This document shows positions 20,015-28,791 of a stretch of 64,000 nucleotides of DNA, in pieces. A program made the translations under genes and the position numbers. This stretch comes from Candidatus Marinacidobacterium sp. (GTDB lineage Bacteria > Acidobacteriota > Vicinamibacteria > Marinacidobacterales > Marinacidobacteraceae). A model generated the notes under the pieces. The model was not told the DNA's origin, searched no databases, and worked only from the letters and a program-made list of their open reading frames with translations. Location: NCBI GenBank assembly GCA_965204755.1, contig OZ242011.1:2912001-2976000 (forward strand). Reading direction: 5' to 3'. Position 1 is the stretch's first letter, and every line of letters begins with the position of its first letter.

Positions 20015-20074
20015 GGCGTCGGACCTGGCGTCGGGGAGGGCGTCGGGTGGGGCGTCGGCTCGGGCGTCGGGTCG
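20015..20074. repeat. Tandem repeat, 5 x 12 bp (GGCGTCGGNNNN)
   Basis: Read directly; intergenic within the operon. Confidence 0.75.
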
Positions 20075-20099
20075 GGCGCCGCGCCTCCGTTCCCGCCGT

Positions 20100-21458
20100 T
20101 CAGAGGTAGGGAGCCTCGCGGTGCTCCGGCAGGAAGAACAGCGGCAGCAGGCGGTCGATCCGCAGGTAACCGTCCTCGGTGAGTTCGGGGCCGGTGTCCG
20201 TGATGCGCGCGTAGCGGCGGCGCTCGAGCAGGTCGAGCGGCTCGCGGAACCGCTCGAGGATGTCCAGGTCGAACTCGCGGCGGAAGAGGTCGCGCCGCAC
20301 GGAACCGAGTTTCAGTTGCAGGACGAACTGCCGGATCATCCGTTCTTCGCCGGAAAGCGGCAGGGCGCGCTGCACCGGCGGCTCGCCGGCGGCGACGCGC
20401 GCCAGGTACCCGGCCATCGCGGGCTCGTTCTGGTAGTGCCACCCGTCGGCGTGACCGAACGAACTCACGCCCAGCGCCGCGAGGTCCGCGCCCCGCCAGA
20501 GCCGGTCCCGGTAGAGGAAGCGGGCGCGGGCCGGGTCGCGCACCGCGGTGTAGGCGCTCGACCGGGTGTAACCGGCGGCGGTCAGCGCGGCGAACGCCTC
20601 CGCCGTCCAGCGGCGCTTGGTCGGCCAGTCGGGGAGTTCGGCGCCGGGGCCCTCGCCGTCGCGGATCTGCCGGGCGAAGGTGGTGTTCCGCGGCGACTCC
20701 ATCTGGTAGATCGTCACCGCGTCCGGCGCCAGGCGGATCGTTTCCTCCACCGCCGCCTGCCAAAGCCGGTCGTCGTCGCCGAGCATCCCGGCGATGAGGT
20801 CCAGGTTGATCTGCGGGAAACCGACCCGCCGGGCTTCGGCGAAGGCGCGCCGGATCTCCGGGGACCGGTGCGCCCGGTTGTTCGCCTCGAGGACCCCGTC
20901 GTCGAAGTGTTCGACGCCCAGACTCAGGCGGGTGACGCCGTGCTCGCGGATCCGGGCGAGTTTGCCCGGCGTCAGCGTTCCCGGCTCGCACTCGAACGCG
21001 AATTCCTCCATACCGCCCAGGTCGAGGGCCTCGGAGAGTCCGGCGAACAACCGGTCGAGTTGCGCGATGGAGAGGTAGGACGGCGTGCCGCCGCCGTAGT
21101 AGAGGAACTCCACCGGGCGCTTCCCGAAGGCGGTTTCGCCGAACCGGCGGGCTTCCGCGATGACCGCGTCGAGGTAGGCGTGGACTTCGTCGGCGTTCTT
21201 GTCGGTATAGACCCGGAAGTAGCAGAAGTGGCACCGCTTCCGGCAGAACGGCAGGTGCAGGTAGATGCCGAGCGGGACGCCGGGCCGGCCCGGCCGCTCG
21301 AACCGCTCGAGCAGCCCGGCGGCGGTCTCGGGAGTCCAGGTGGAGAACGGGGGGTAGTTCGAGACGAAGTAGTTGCCGAGCGCCGAGTCGGCGGCTTCGT
21401 CGTCGAGGAGCCTCGCGGCCTGCGCCGCGAAGTCCGCGGTCTTCCGGGGCGGGGTCAT
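20100..21458 (-). CDS. HemN-like radical SAM protein
   Basis: YLHLPFCRKRCHFC (CxxxCxxC), YGGGTPS, RLSLGV, NLDLIAG; start approximate. Confidence 0.9.
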   Translation of the reverse strand: MTPPRKTADFAAQAARLLDDEAADSALGNYFVSNYPPFSTWTPETAAGLLERFERPGRPGVPLGIYLHLPFCRKRCHFCYFRVYTDKNADEVHAYLDAVIAEARRFGETAFGKRPVEFLYYGGGTPSYLSIAQLDRLFAGLSEALDLGGMEEFAFECEPGTLTPGKLARIREHGVTRLSLGVEHFDDGVLEANNRAHRSPEIRRAFAEARRVGFPQINLDLIAGMLGDDDRLWQAAVEETIRLAPDAVTIYQMESPRNTTFARQIRDGEGPGAELPDWPTKRRWTAEAFAALTAAGYTRSSAYTAVRDPARARFLYRDRLWRGADLAALGVSSFGHADGWHYQNEPAMAGYLARVAAGEPPVQRALPLSGEERMIRQFVLQLKLGSVRRDLFRREFDLDILERFREPLDLLERRRYARITDTGPELTEDGYLRIDRLLPLFFLPEHREAPYL

Positions 21459-21552
21459 GGGTCGAGTCGGGAAGTGTAAGGAGCCGGCGGCGTTCGCGGG
21501 GGCCGGGTCGCTCCCTCCGGCGCCCTCCGCCGCGCCGGTACCATCCGGCCGC

Positions 21553-22344
21553 TTGCGCGTCATCACCTGGAACCTGAACTCGATCCGCACCCGCGGCCGG
21601 CGGCTGCTGAAGTTGCTCGAGCGCCACGAGCCGGATGTCCTCTGCCTCCAGGAGTTGCGCGCCCCGGCGGAGGAGTTCCCCCGGCTGGCGGTCGAGGCCG
21701 CCGGCTACCGGGCGGCGGTGTACGCCCAGGCGGCCCGCAACGGCGTCGCGGTCCTCTCGCGGGAACCGGCGGAGGTGCTGGCCCGGGGCCTCCCGCCCTG
21801 CGCGGCCCGGAAGGAGGCGCGCCTGCTCGATGTAGCCGTCGCCGGCATCCGCGTGATCACCGCCTATGTGCCCAACGGCAAGTCGGCGGCCCACCCGGAC
21901 TGGGCCTACAAGTTGGAGTGGCTCGACGCCCTCCGCGCCCACCTGGAGCGGACCGCGCCGCCGGAGACGCCGCTGGTCCTCGGCGGCGACTTCAATGTGG
22001 CGCCCGCCGACCGGGACGCCGCCGAACCCCGCCCCGACGGCGTCCTCTGCCACCCGGACGCCCGCGCCGCCCTCTCCGGGGTCGTCGGCCGGGGGCTGGC
22101 CGACGCCTACCGCCTCCGCTACGCCGAGGGGGAGGAACCGGAGAAGGGCCTCTACACCTGGTGGGACTACACCCGGCTGTCCTTCGCCCGGAACATCGGC
22201 GCCCGGATAGACCACCTCTACCTCACCGCGCCCCTCGCCGCGGGACTGCGGTCGGTGTTCGTGGACCGGGACGAGCGCCGCCAACGGAAGGGGGAGGACA
22301 TCCCCTCGGACCACGCGCCGCTGGTGTGCGATTTCGACGCCTGA
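21553..22344 (+). CDS. xth: Exodeoxyribonuclease III / AP endonuclease
   Basis: ITWNLNSIR, LCLQE, YVPNG, GDFNVAP, YTWWDY, RIDH, PSDHAP; TTG start assumed. Confidence 0.92.
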   Translation: MRVITWNLNSIRTRGRRLLKLLERHEPDVLCLQELRAPAEEFPRLAVEAAGYRAAVYAQAARNGVAVLSREPAEVLARGLPPCAARKEARLLDVAVAGIRVITAYVPNGKSAAHPDWAYKLEWLDALRAHLERTAPPETPLVLGGDFNVAPADRDAAEPRPDGVLCHPDARAALSGVVGRGLADAYRLRYAEGEEPEKGLYTWWDYTRLSFARNIGARIDHLYLTAPLAAGLRSVFVDRDERRQRKGEDIPSDHAPLVCDFDA

Positions 22345-22478
22345 GCCGGGGCCTCGCCGGCCGCGCGCCGGGCCGGGCTGTCGGCGCTGCGCCGCCGGGC
22401 GGCGCTGGGCCGCGGGAGCCGCTCGATCCGGCGGCCGCCGGCCCCGGCAGAGGGGGTCGGCGGGGGGCCAGGCGCGGG

Positions 22479-22507
22479 TTGCGCCGTTGCCCCGAATCCA
22501 CTACCCT
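22479..22507 (+). promoter_or_regulatory. Putative sigma70 promoter of operon copy 1
   Basis: TTGCGC-17 nt-TACCCT, about 75 nt upstream of ATG 22581; a similar arrangement precedes copy 2. Confidence 0.45.
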
Positions 22508-22580
22508 ACGGAGTTGCTTCGGGCGTGCGCGGCAGGCCTCCGCTCTCCGGCCTCCTCTCCCCGCCGCGCCCGTCGTCACC

Positions 22581-25139
22581 ATGCGTAATCCGCAGTTTTC
22601 TGCCTCCGCCCTCGGACTCGGCGCCCTGCTGCTGGCGCTTCCGCCCGCGGCCTTCGCCGGGCCGCAGGCCGCCGCGCCCGCTCCGTCGGTTTCGCCCGCT
22701 CCGTCGGTTTCGACTGTCGCGGGGGTCCGGGCCTTCGAGCCGAGCAGAGAGCCGGCGGCCGTCGGAGAGGCGCCGGCGGCGGTTTCGGCCGCCGTGGCGG
22801 CGGCGCACAACCGGGTCCTCCGCACCTACTGCATGGTGTGCCACAACGACCGGATGCGGACCGGGAACATGACGCTCTCCGGGTTCGACGCCGGGGACGC
22901 CCCGGGTTCGGCCCCGCTGGCGGAGAAGGTGGTTTCGAAGTTGCGGCTGGGGATGATGCCCCCGCCGGGTGCCCGCCGTCCGGACGACGCGGTTCTCGAA
23001 GAGATCGCGGTTTCGCTGGAGGGTCAGTTGGACACGGTCTGGGCGGCCTCCCCGGAGCCGGGTCGGCGTTCGTTCCAGCGGTTGAACCGGGCGGAGTACA
23101 CGGCGGCGGTGCGCGACCTGTTGTCGCTGCCGATCGACGCTTCGGAGTATCTGCCGCAGGACACGATCAGCGCGAACTTCGACAACATCGCGGACGCGCA
23201 GATGCTTTCGGCGACCCTGATGGACGCGTACCTGCGGGCGGCGAGCGAGATCAGCCGCCTCGCCGTCGGCGACCCCGAGGCCGAGCCGGCGGAAACGAGT
23301 TACTTCGTCTCCCGCTGGGCCTCGCAGCGCCGCCAGGTGGAGGGCGCCCCCTACGGCACCCGGGGCGGACTCGCCGCCGAGCATGTGTTCCCGGCGGACG
23401 GGCACTATGTCTTCCGCGTCTCCCTGCATCACGAGGTATGCGGCCCGATCGTGGGCACCGCCGCCGGCGCGCTGAATTCGGAGAGCAATCCGGAACGGAT
23501 CGAAGTCTCCATAGACGGCGAGCGCGTGGCGCTGCTCTCCATCGATCCCTGGATGCATACCTCGGATCCCGGCGGCGCGACGATGCGCACCGAGCCGATC
23601 TTCGTGAAGGCCGGCCCCCGGAAAGTGGCCGCCGCCTTCCTGCGGCAGTTCGACGGCCCGGTCCAGGACCTGATCTCGCCGCACGACTGGTCGCTCGCCT
23701 CCACCAACATCGCGCTCACCTACGGCATCCACAGCCTCCCCCACCTGCGGGATGTCCTCGTCCGGGGCCCGTTCGATGCGACGGGTGTTTCGGAGACTCC
23801 GAGCCGGCGGGCGATCTTCGAGTGCCGTCCGCTGAGCGAGGCGGAGGCGCGTCCGTGCGCGGAGCGGATCCTGGGGCGTTTGGGCCGGTTGGCGTATCGG
23901 GGCTCGCTGACGGCGGGGAAGTTGGGTTCGCTGCTGGAGTTGTACGACGCGGGAGCGGCGGCGAACGGTTTCGAGGAGGGGATCCGGATGGGGATCGAGG
24001 GGATGCTGGCGAGCCCGAACTTCGTGTTCCGGATCGAGGAGCCGCTGGACCCGCGCGAGGCGGAGTACGGGTATCCGCTTTCGGATGTGGACCTGGCGTC
24101 TCGGCTGTCGTTTTTCCTGTGGGGGACGATCCCGGACGGGGAGTTGCTGGACCTGGCGGAGGCGGGGCAACTGTCGGAGCCTGCGGTGTATGAGGCTCAG
24201 GTTCGGCGGATGCTGGCGGACGGGCGTTCGGATGCGCTTTCGCGGCGCTTTGCGAGCCAGTGGTTCCGGCTGCAGGACCTGGAGAAGATCAACCCGAATG
24301 TCCGTTTGTATCCGGACTTCCACCAGCAGTTGAAGACGGCGATGGTGGAGGAGACGGAGCGCTTCTTCCACCACCTGGTTGCGGAGGACCGGAGCGCGTT
24401 GGAGATGTTCACGGCGGACTACACCTTCGTGAACGAGCGTTTGGCGCACCACTACGGGATCCCGGGGGTTACGGGGCCGGAGCACCGGCTGGTGCGGTAT
24501 CCGGACGAGAGCCGCCGGGGGGTGTTCGGCCACGGGAGCATGTTGACGCTGACTTCGCACCCGTACCGGACTTCGGCGGTGCTGCGGGGGAAGTGGGTGA
24601 TGGAGGTGCTCCTGGGGAGTCCTCCTCCTCCGCCACCGCCGAATGTCTCGGACCTGGACGCGACTCCGGCGACGGCGGACGGCCGGGAGTTGACGGCGCG
24701 GGAGCGGCTGGAGATCCACCGGGACAACCCGGCGTGCCGCTCGTGCCACCGGATGATGGACCCGATCGGGCTGGCCCTGGAGCACTTCGATGTGACGGGC
24801 CGGGTCCGGGTGAAGGACTCGGGGCAGGCGATCGACGCTTCGGGCGAGTTCTACGACGGGACGGCGATCCGGGATGTTTCGGACTTGCGGGAGGCGCTGC
24901 TGCAGCGCCCGATACCGCTGCTTCGGACTTTCACGGAGAACTTGCTGGCGTACGGGTTGGGGCGCCGGGTGGAGTATTTCGACCAGCCGCGGGTACGGGA
25001 GATCGTGCGGGAGGCGGAGGGTTCGGGGTACCGGATGTCGGCGTTCCTGCTGGGGGTGGCGCGGAGCCCGGCGTTCCTGCGCAAGGGCGGTTCGCCGGCG
25101 GAGGAGTCGGCGACGGAGGCGATTTCCGGTCAGCACTGA
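22581..25139 (+). CDS. DUF1592-family (PSD/PSCyt) cytochrome c-domain protein, copy 1
   Basis: Signal peptide, CMVCH and CRSCH heme motifs, [43 protein letters not shown]. Confidence 0.9.
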   Translation: MRNPQFSASALGLGALLLALPPAAFAGPQAAAPAPSVSPAPSVSTVAGVRAFEPSREPAAVGEAPAAVSAAVAAAHNRVLRTYCMVCHNDRMRTGNMTLSGFDAGDAPGSAPLAEKVVSKLRLGMMPPPGARRPDDAVLEEIAVSLEGQLDTVWAASPEPGRRSFQRLNRAEYTAAVRDLLSLPIDASEYLPQDTISANFDNIADAQMLSATLMDAYLRAASEISRLAVGDPEAEPAETSYFVSRWASQRRQVEGAPYGTRGGLAAEHVFPADGHYVFRVSLHHEVCGPIVGTAAGALNSESNPERIEVSIDGERVALLSIDPWMHTSDPGGATMRTEPIFVKAGPRKVAAAFLRQFDGPVQDLISPHDWSLASTNIALTYGIHSLPHLRDVLVRGPFDATGVSETPSRRAIFECRPLSEAEARPCAERILGRLGRLAYRGSLTAGKLGSLLELYDAGAAANGFEEGIRMGIEGMLASPNFVFRIEEPLDPREAEYGYPLSDVDLASRLSFFLWGTIPDGELLDLAEAGQLSEPAVYEAQVRRMLADGRSDALSRRFASQWFRLQDLEKINPNVRLYPDFHQQLKTAMVEETERFFHHLVAEDRSALEMFTADYTFVNERLAHHYGIPGVTGPEHRLVRYPDESRRGVFGHGSMLTLTSHPYRTSAVLRGKWVMEVLLGSPPPPPPPNVSDLDATPATADGRELTARERLEIHRDNPACRSCHRMMDPIGLALEHFDVTGRVRVKDSGQAIDASGEFYDGTAIRDVSDLREALLQRPIPLLRTFTENLLAYGLGRRVEYFDQPRVREIVREAEGSGYRMSAFLLGVARSPAFLRKGGSPAEESATEAISGQH

Positions 25140-27002
25140 CCGGCAGAGCACGGGTTCCGGGGACGGGGCCGAGGAGAGACGGATGCACTACCTGACGGGC
25201 AAGAGCCTTCCGAGGCGGAGTTTCCTGCGGGGCGCGGGGGCGGTGGTGGCGCTGCCGTTCCTGGACGCGATGGTTCCGGCGAGCGCGGCGGCGAAGGTCG
25301 CGGGCTCGGCGGACCGGACGCGCCTGGTTGCGGTGGAGATCGTGCACGGCGCGGCGGGGAGCAACAAGTACGGCCGGGAGAACCACCTGTGGTCCCCGGA
25401 GGCGGAGGGGACGGAGTTCGACCTGTCCCGGGGGGCGCTGGCGCCGCTGGAGCCGGTTCGGGACTATGTGACGGTCGTGAGCGACTGCGATGTGGAGCCG
25501 GCGGAGGCGCGGACGGCGCGGGAGATCGGCGGCGACCACTTCCGTTCGAGCGCGGCGTTCCTGACGCAGTCGTATCCGAAGCAGACGGAGAGTTCCGATG
25601 TGTATGCCGGGACTTCCCTGGACCAGTTGTATGCGCAACGGTTCGGGCAGGAGACTCCGATCCCTTCGATGCAGTTGTGCATCGAGACGGTGGACCAGGC
25701 CGGGGGCTGCGCGTACGGGTATGCGTGCGTGTACACGGACACGATCAGTTGGGCTTCCCCGACGGAGCCGCTCCCGATGACGCGTGACCCCCGGATCGTG
25801 TTCGACCAGTTGTTCGGCGCGGGCGGGACGCCGGAGGGCCGGCTGGCTCGGCAGGAGGCGCGCCGGAGCGTGCTGGACTTCATCTCGGGGGAGGTGCGGG
25901 ACCTGAAGCGCAGTCTGGACTCGGAGGACCTGCGGCGGATGGACCGGTACCTGACGGACATCCGGGAGATGGAGCGCCGGATCGAGCGGATCGTCGCGCG
26001 GAACACGAGCGGGGAGTTGCGTGACCTCCCGGATGCGCCTTCGGGGGTTCCGGACTCGTTCGACGAGCATGTGAAGATCATGTTCGACCTGCAGGCGTTG
26101 GCGTTCCAGTCGGACATGACGCGGGTGTTCAGTTTCAAGTTGGGTCGGGACGCGTCGAGCCGGGTGTATCCGGAGAGCGGGGAGTCGACGGCGTTCCACC
26201 CGGCGTCGCACCACGGCAACGACCCGGAGCGGGTGGAGATCCTGGGTCGGATCAACCGGTACCATGTGGGTTTGATTCCGTACTTCATGGAGAAGTTGCG
26301 GAGCATCGAGGAGGGTGACCGGACGCTCCTGGACAAGACGATGATCGTGTACGGGTCTCCGATGGGTGATCCGAACATCCACAACCACAAGCGGGTCCCG
26401 TTCTTCGTTGCGGGCGGGGCGAACGGGGCGCTGGAGAACAACCTGCACCTGCGTGCGGCGCCGGGGACGCCCTTGGCGAATGTGATGCTGTCGCTGCTGC
26501 GGCGGTTGGGCCTGGAGGACCTGGAGAGTTTCGGGAACAGCACCGGGGAGTTTTCGCTTTCGGCGTAGGCCGGGGGCGTGACCTGGTAGCGGGAGTGAGG
26601 GCCATGGGCGTTCTGACGAGGACACGGGTTCTGGCGCTTTCGGCGCTGGTGAGCGCTGCGGCTCTGGCGGTGGCGGCAGCGCCGTCGTCGGGTCCGGTGT
26701 TGGAGGCGGCGAAGCGGGGCGATGTGGAGTCGGTGCGGGCGGAGTTGCGTTCGGGTGGTGATGTGAACGCGGCGGAGGGGGACGGTTTCACGGCGCTGCA
26801 CTGGGCGGCGAAGCGCGGCGACGCGGAGTTGGCGGGTGTCCTGTTGTCTGCGGGAGCGGACTTCCGTGCGACGACGCGGCTGGGCGCGCACCAGCCGCTG
26901 CATGTGGCGGCGGCTGCGGGTGAGGCGGAGGTGGCGGAGGCGCTTTTGTCTGCGGGAGCGCCGGTCAGCGCGCCCACCGGTACCGGCGCCCGGCCGATCC
27001 AC
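22800..27002 (+). repeat. Long direct repeat unit A (near-identical blocks about 22800-23272 and 23762-27002)
   Basis: Matches 31255-35457 at a constant offset of 8455 bp. Confidence 0.95.
25183..26568 (+). CDS. DUF1552 (HXXSHH) family Tat-exported protein, copy 1
   Basis: LPRRSFLRG Tat motif, LPFLDAM, FHPASHH, TLLDKTM; GAGGAG upstream. Confidence 0.9.
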   Translation: MHYLTGKSLPRRSFLRGAGAVVALPFLDAMVPASAAAKVAGSADRTRLVAVEIVHGAAGSNKYGRENHLWSPEAEGTEFDLSRGALAPLEPVRDYVTVVSDCDVEPAEARTAREIGGDHFRSSAAFLTQSYPKQTESSDVYAGTSLDQLYAQRFGQETPIPSMQLCIETVDQAGGCAYGYACVYTDTISWASPTEPLPMTRDPRIVFDQLFGAGGTPEGRLARQEARRSVLDFISGEVRDLKRSLDSEDLRRMDRYLTDIREMERRIERIVARNTSGELRDLPDAPSGVPDSFDEHVKIMFDLQALAFQSDMTRVFSFKLGRDASSRVYPESGESTAFHPASHHGNDPERVEILGRINRYHVGLIPYFMEKLRSIEEGDRTLLDKTMIVYGSPMGDPNIHNHKRVPFFVAGGANGALENNLHLRAAPGTPLANVMLSLLRRLGLEDLESFGNSTGEFSLSA

Positions 27003-28634
27003 TACGCGGCGGCTTCGGGGAGCGCCGCGATCGTGGAGACGCTCGCCTCCCACGGCGCGGATGTGAACGCCGTCGAACCCGGCTGGGGCCAGACCCCGCT
27101 GATGTTCGCCGCCGGAGTCGGCCGGCCGGAGACGGTGGGCGCCCTCCTCGAAGCCGGCGCCGACCCGGCGGTCACCGCGGCGGTGCTCGATGTGGCGGCG
27201 CGGGGCGAGGCCGACCTGATCGCCCGCCGCGCGCGGCAGGCCCGGGTGGACCGCGAACGCGGCGGCGCCGGGGTCATCTACGACCCGCGGGAACGCGACA
27301 AGCAGCGGCGGGCCGCCCAGCGCCGGGCGCGCGCGGCGGCGGCGAAGGCGGAACGCGAGAAGGGCCGCACCGGGGAAGCGGCGGCCAAGCCGGCGGAGGC
27401 GCCCGCGACGGCGGCGGTCGGCGGAACCGGCGCTGCCGGCGGAACCGGCGCTGCCGGGGACATCCTGAAAAAGGACGGCAAGAGCGCGGAAGAGGCGGCC
27501 GCCGAACAGGCGGAGAAGGACGAACACGCGGAAGCCCACGGGCACCCGGAAGACGAGGCCGCCCGCCTGGCGAAGGAGGAAGAGGCCCGGAAGAAGGCCG
27601 GGGACAAGGAGAAGAATCGCCGGCAGCCGCTCCGCTACTCGGAACTGGTCGGGACCCACGGCGGCCTGACCGCCCTGTTGCTGGCGGTCCGCGACGGCCA
27701 CCGGGAAGCGGCGGTGACCCTCATGGACGGCGGCGCGGACCTGGACCAGCGCGCCGACGGGCACCGCACCACTCCGCTCCTCATGGCGGCGATCAACGGC
27801 CACTACGACATCGGCATGGATCTCCTGCAGCGCGGCGCCGACCCGAACCTCAAGAATGTCTCCGGCGCGGCGCCGCTCTACGCGGCGATCAACGCGCGAT
27901 GGATTTCCCAGCCGTTCCATCCGCAGCCTTCCGACCACCTGCAGCAGGAGACCTCGCACATCGAGTTCATGGAGGCGCTCCTCGACGCCGGTGCCGAGGT
28001 GGACGCCCGCCTGCAGCGGAAGCAGTGGTACAGCACCTACAACACCGACCAGTTGGGCGTGGACCGCGCCGGCGCGACGGCGTTCTGGCGCGCGGCCTAC
28101 GCGCTCGACATACCGGCGATGAAGATGCTGGTGGCGCGGGGCGCCGACCCGCACATCCCGACGATGAAGGTCCCGGAGCGCACGCTGCGGCGGCTCACCT
28201 CGCTCATTGACGAAGACGCCGAGGAAGACCCGTCCGGTCTTCCGGAAGTGCCGTACGGCGGGCCGGGGGTGCACCCGATCCACGCGGCGGCCGGAGTCGG
28301 CTACGGCCTCGGCCTCGCTGCCAACTCCCACCGGCACGCTCCGGAGGCCTGGCTTCCGGCGGTGAAGTACCTGGTCGAAGAACTCGGCGCGGACCCGGAC
28401 GCCCGCGACCACAACGGATACAGCGTGATCCACCACGCCGCCTCCCGCGGGGACAACGAGATGATCGAGTACCTGGTCTCGAAGGGCGCCGACCCGCTGG
28501 CGATCGCCCGCACCGGCCAGACGACCGTGGACCTGGCGAACGGCCCGGTGCAGCGCATCAGCCCGTTCCCGGAGACGATCGCGCTGCTCGAGGGTTTCGG
28601 CGCCAAGAACAACAACCGCTGCGTAGGCTGCTGA
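26604..28634 (+). CDS. Secreted ankyrin-repeat protein, copy 1
   Basis: Repeated GxTALHWAA / GQTPLMFAA / TPLLMA motifs, signal peptide, C-terminal CVGC. Confidence 0.92.
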   Translation: MGVLTRTRVLALSALVSAAALAVAAAPSSGPVLEAAKRGDVESVRAELRSGGDVNAAEGDGFTALHWAAKRGDAELAGVLLSAGADFRATTRLGAHQPLHVAAAAGEAEVAEALLSAGAPVSAPTGTGARPIHYAAASGSAAIVETLASHGADVNAVEPGWGQTPLMFAAGVGRPETVGALLEAGADPAVTAAVLDVAARGEADLIARRARQARVDRERGGAGVIYDPRERDKQRRAAQRRARAAAAKAEREKGRTGEAAAKPAEAPATAAVGGTGAAGGTGAAGDILKKDGKSAEEAAAEQAEKDEHAEAHGHPEDEAARLAKEEEARKKAGDKEKNRRQPLRYSELVGTHGGLTALLLAVRDGHREAAVTLMDGGADLDQRADGHRTTPLLMAAINGHYDIGMDLLQRGADPNLKNVSGAAPLYAAINARWISQPFHPQPSDHLQQETSHIEFMEALLDAGAEVDARLQRKQWYSTYNTDQLGVDRAGATAFWRAAYALDIPAMKMLVARGADPHIPTMKVPERTLRRLTSLIDEDAEEDPSGLPEVPYGGPGVHPIHAAAGVGYGLGLAANSHRHAPEAWLPAVKYLVEELGADPDARDHNGYSVIHHAASRGDNEMIEYLVSKGADPLAIARTGQTTVDLANGPVQRISPFPETIALLEGFGAKNNNRCVGC

Positions 28635-28791
28635 CCTCCGACGGCGCTCGAGCGGCGCCGTTCATCATCAACCGGGCCGGGCGGATTTCCGCCGGCCCGG
28701 TTCCTCCCGCGTAGGGATTTCGCCGCCGGGAAAACCGGGGCGCGCCGGCGCTCCAGGGTCGCGCGCGACCGGCGGCGAGGTCGCCCGGCGG

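Noticed and set aside
20100-21458. Assigning hemN/hemW
   Set aside because: Family motifs alone cannot separate coproporphyrinogen dehydrogenase from other HemN-like enzymes, and the context is not heme biosynthesis.
22506-28436. Very long antisense ORFs (881, 564, 990 aa, and their duplicates)
   Set aside because: Stop-poor shadow frames of GC-rich genes, Arg/Pro-rich with no motifs.
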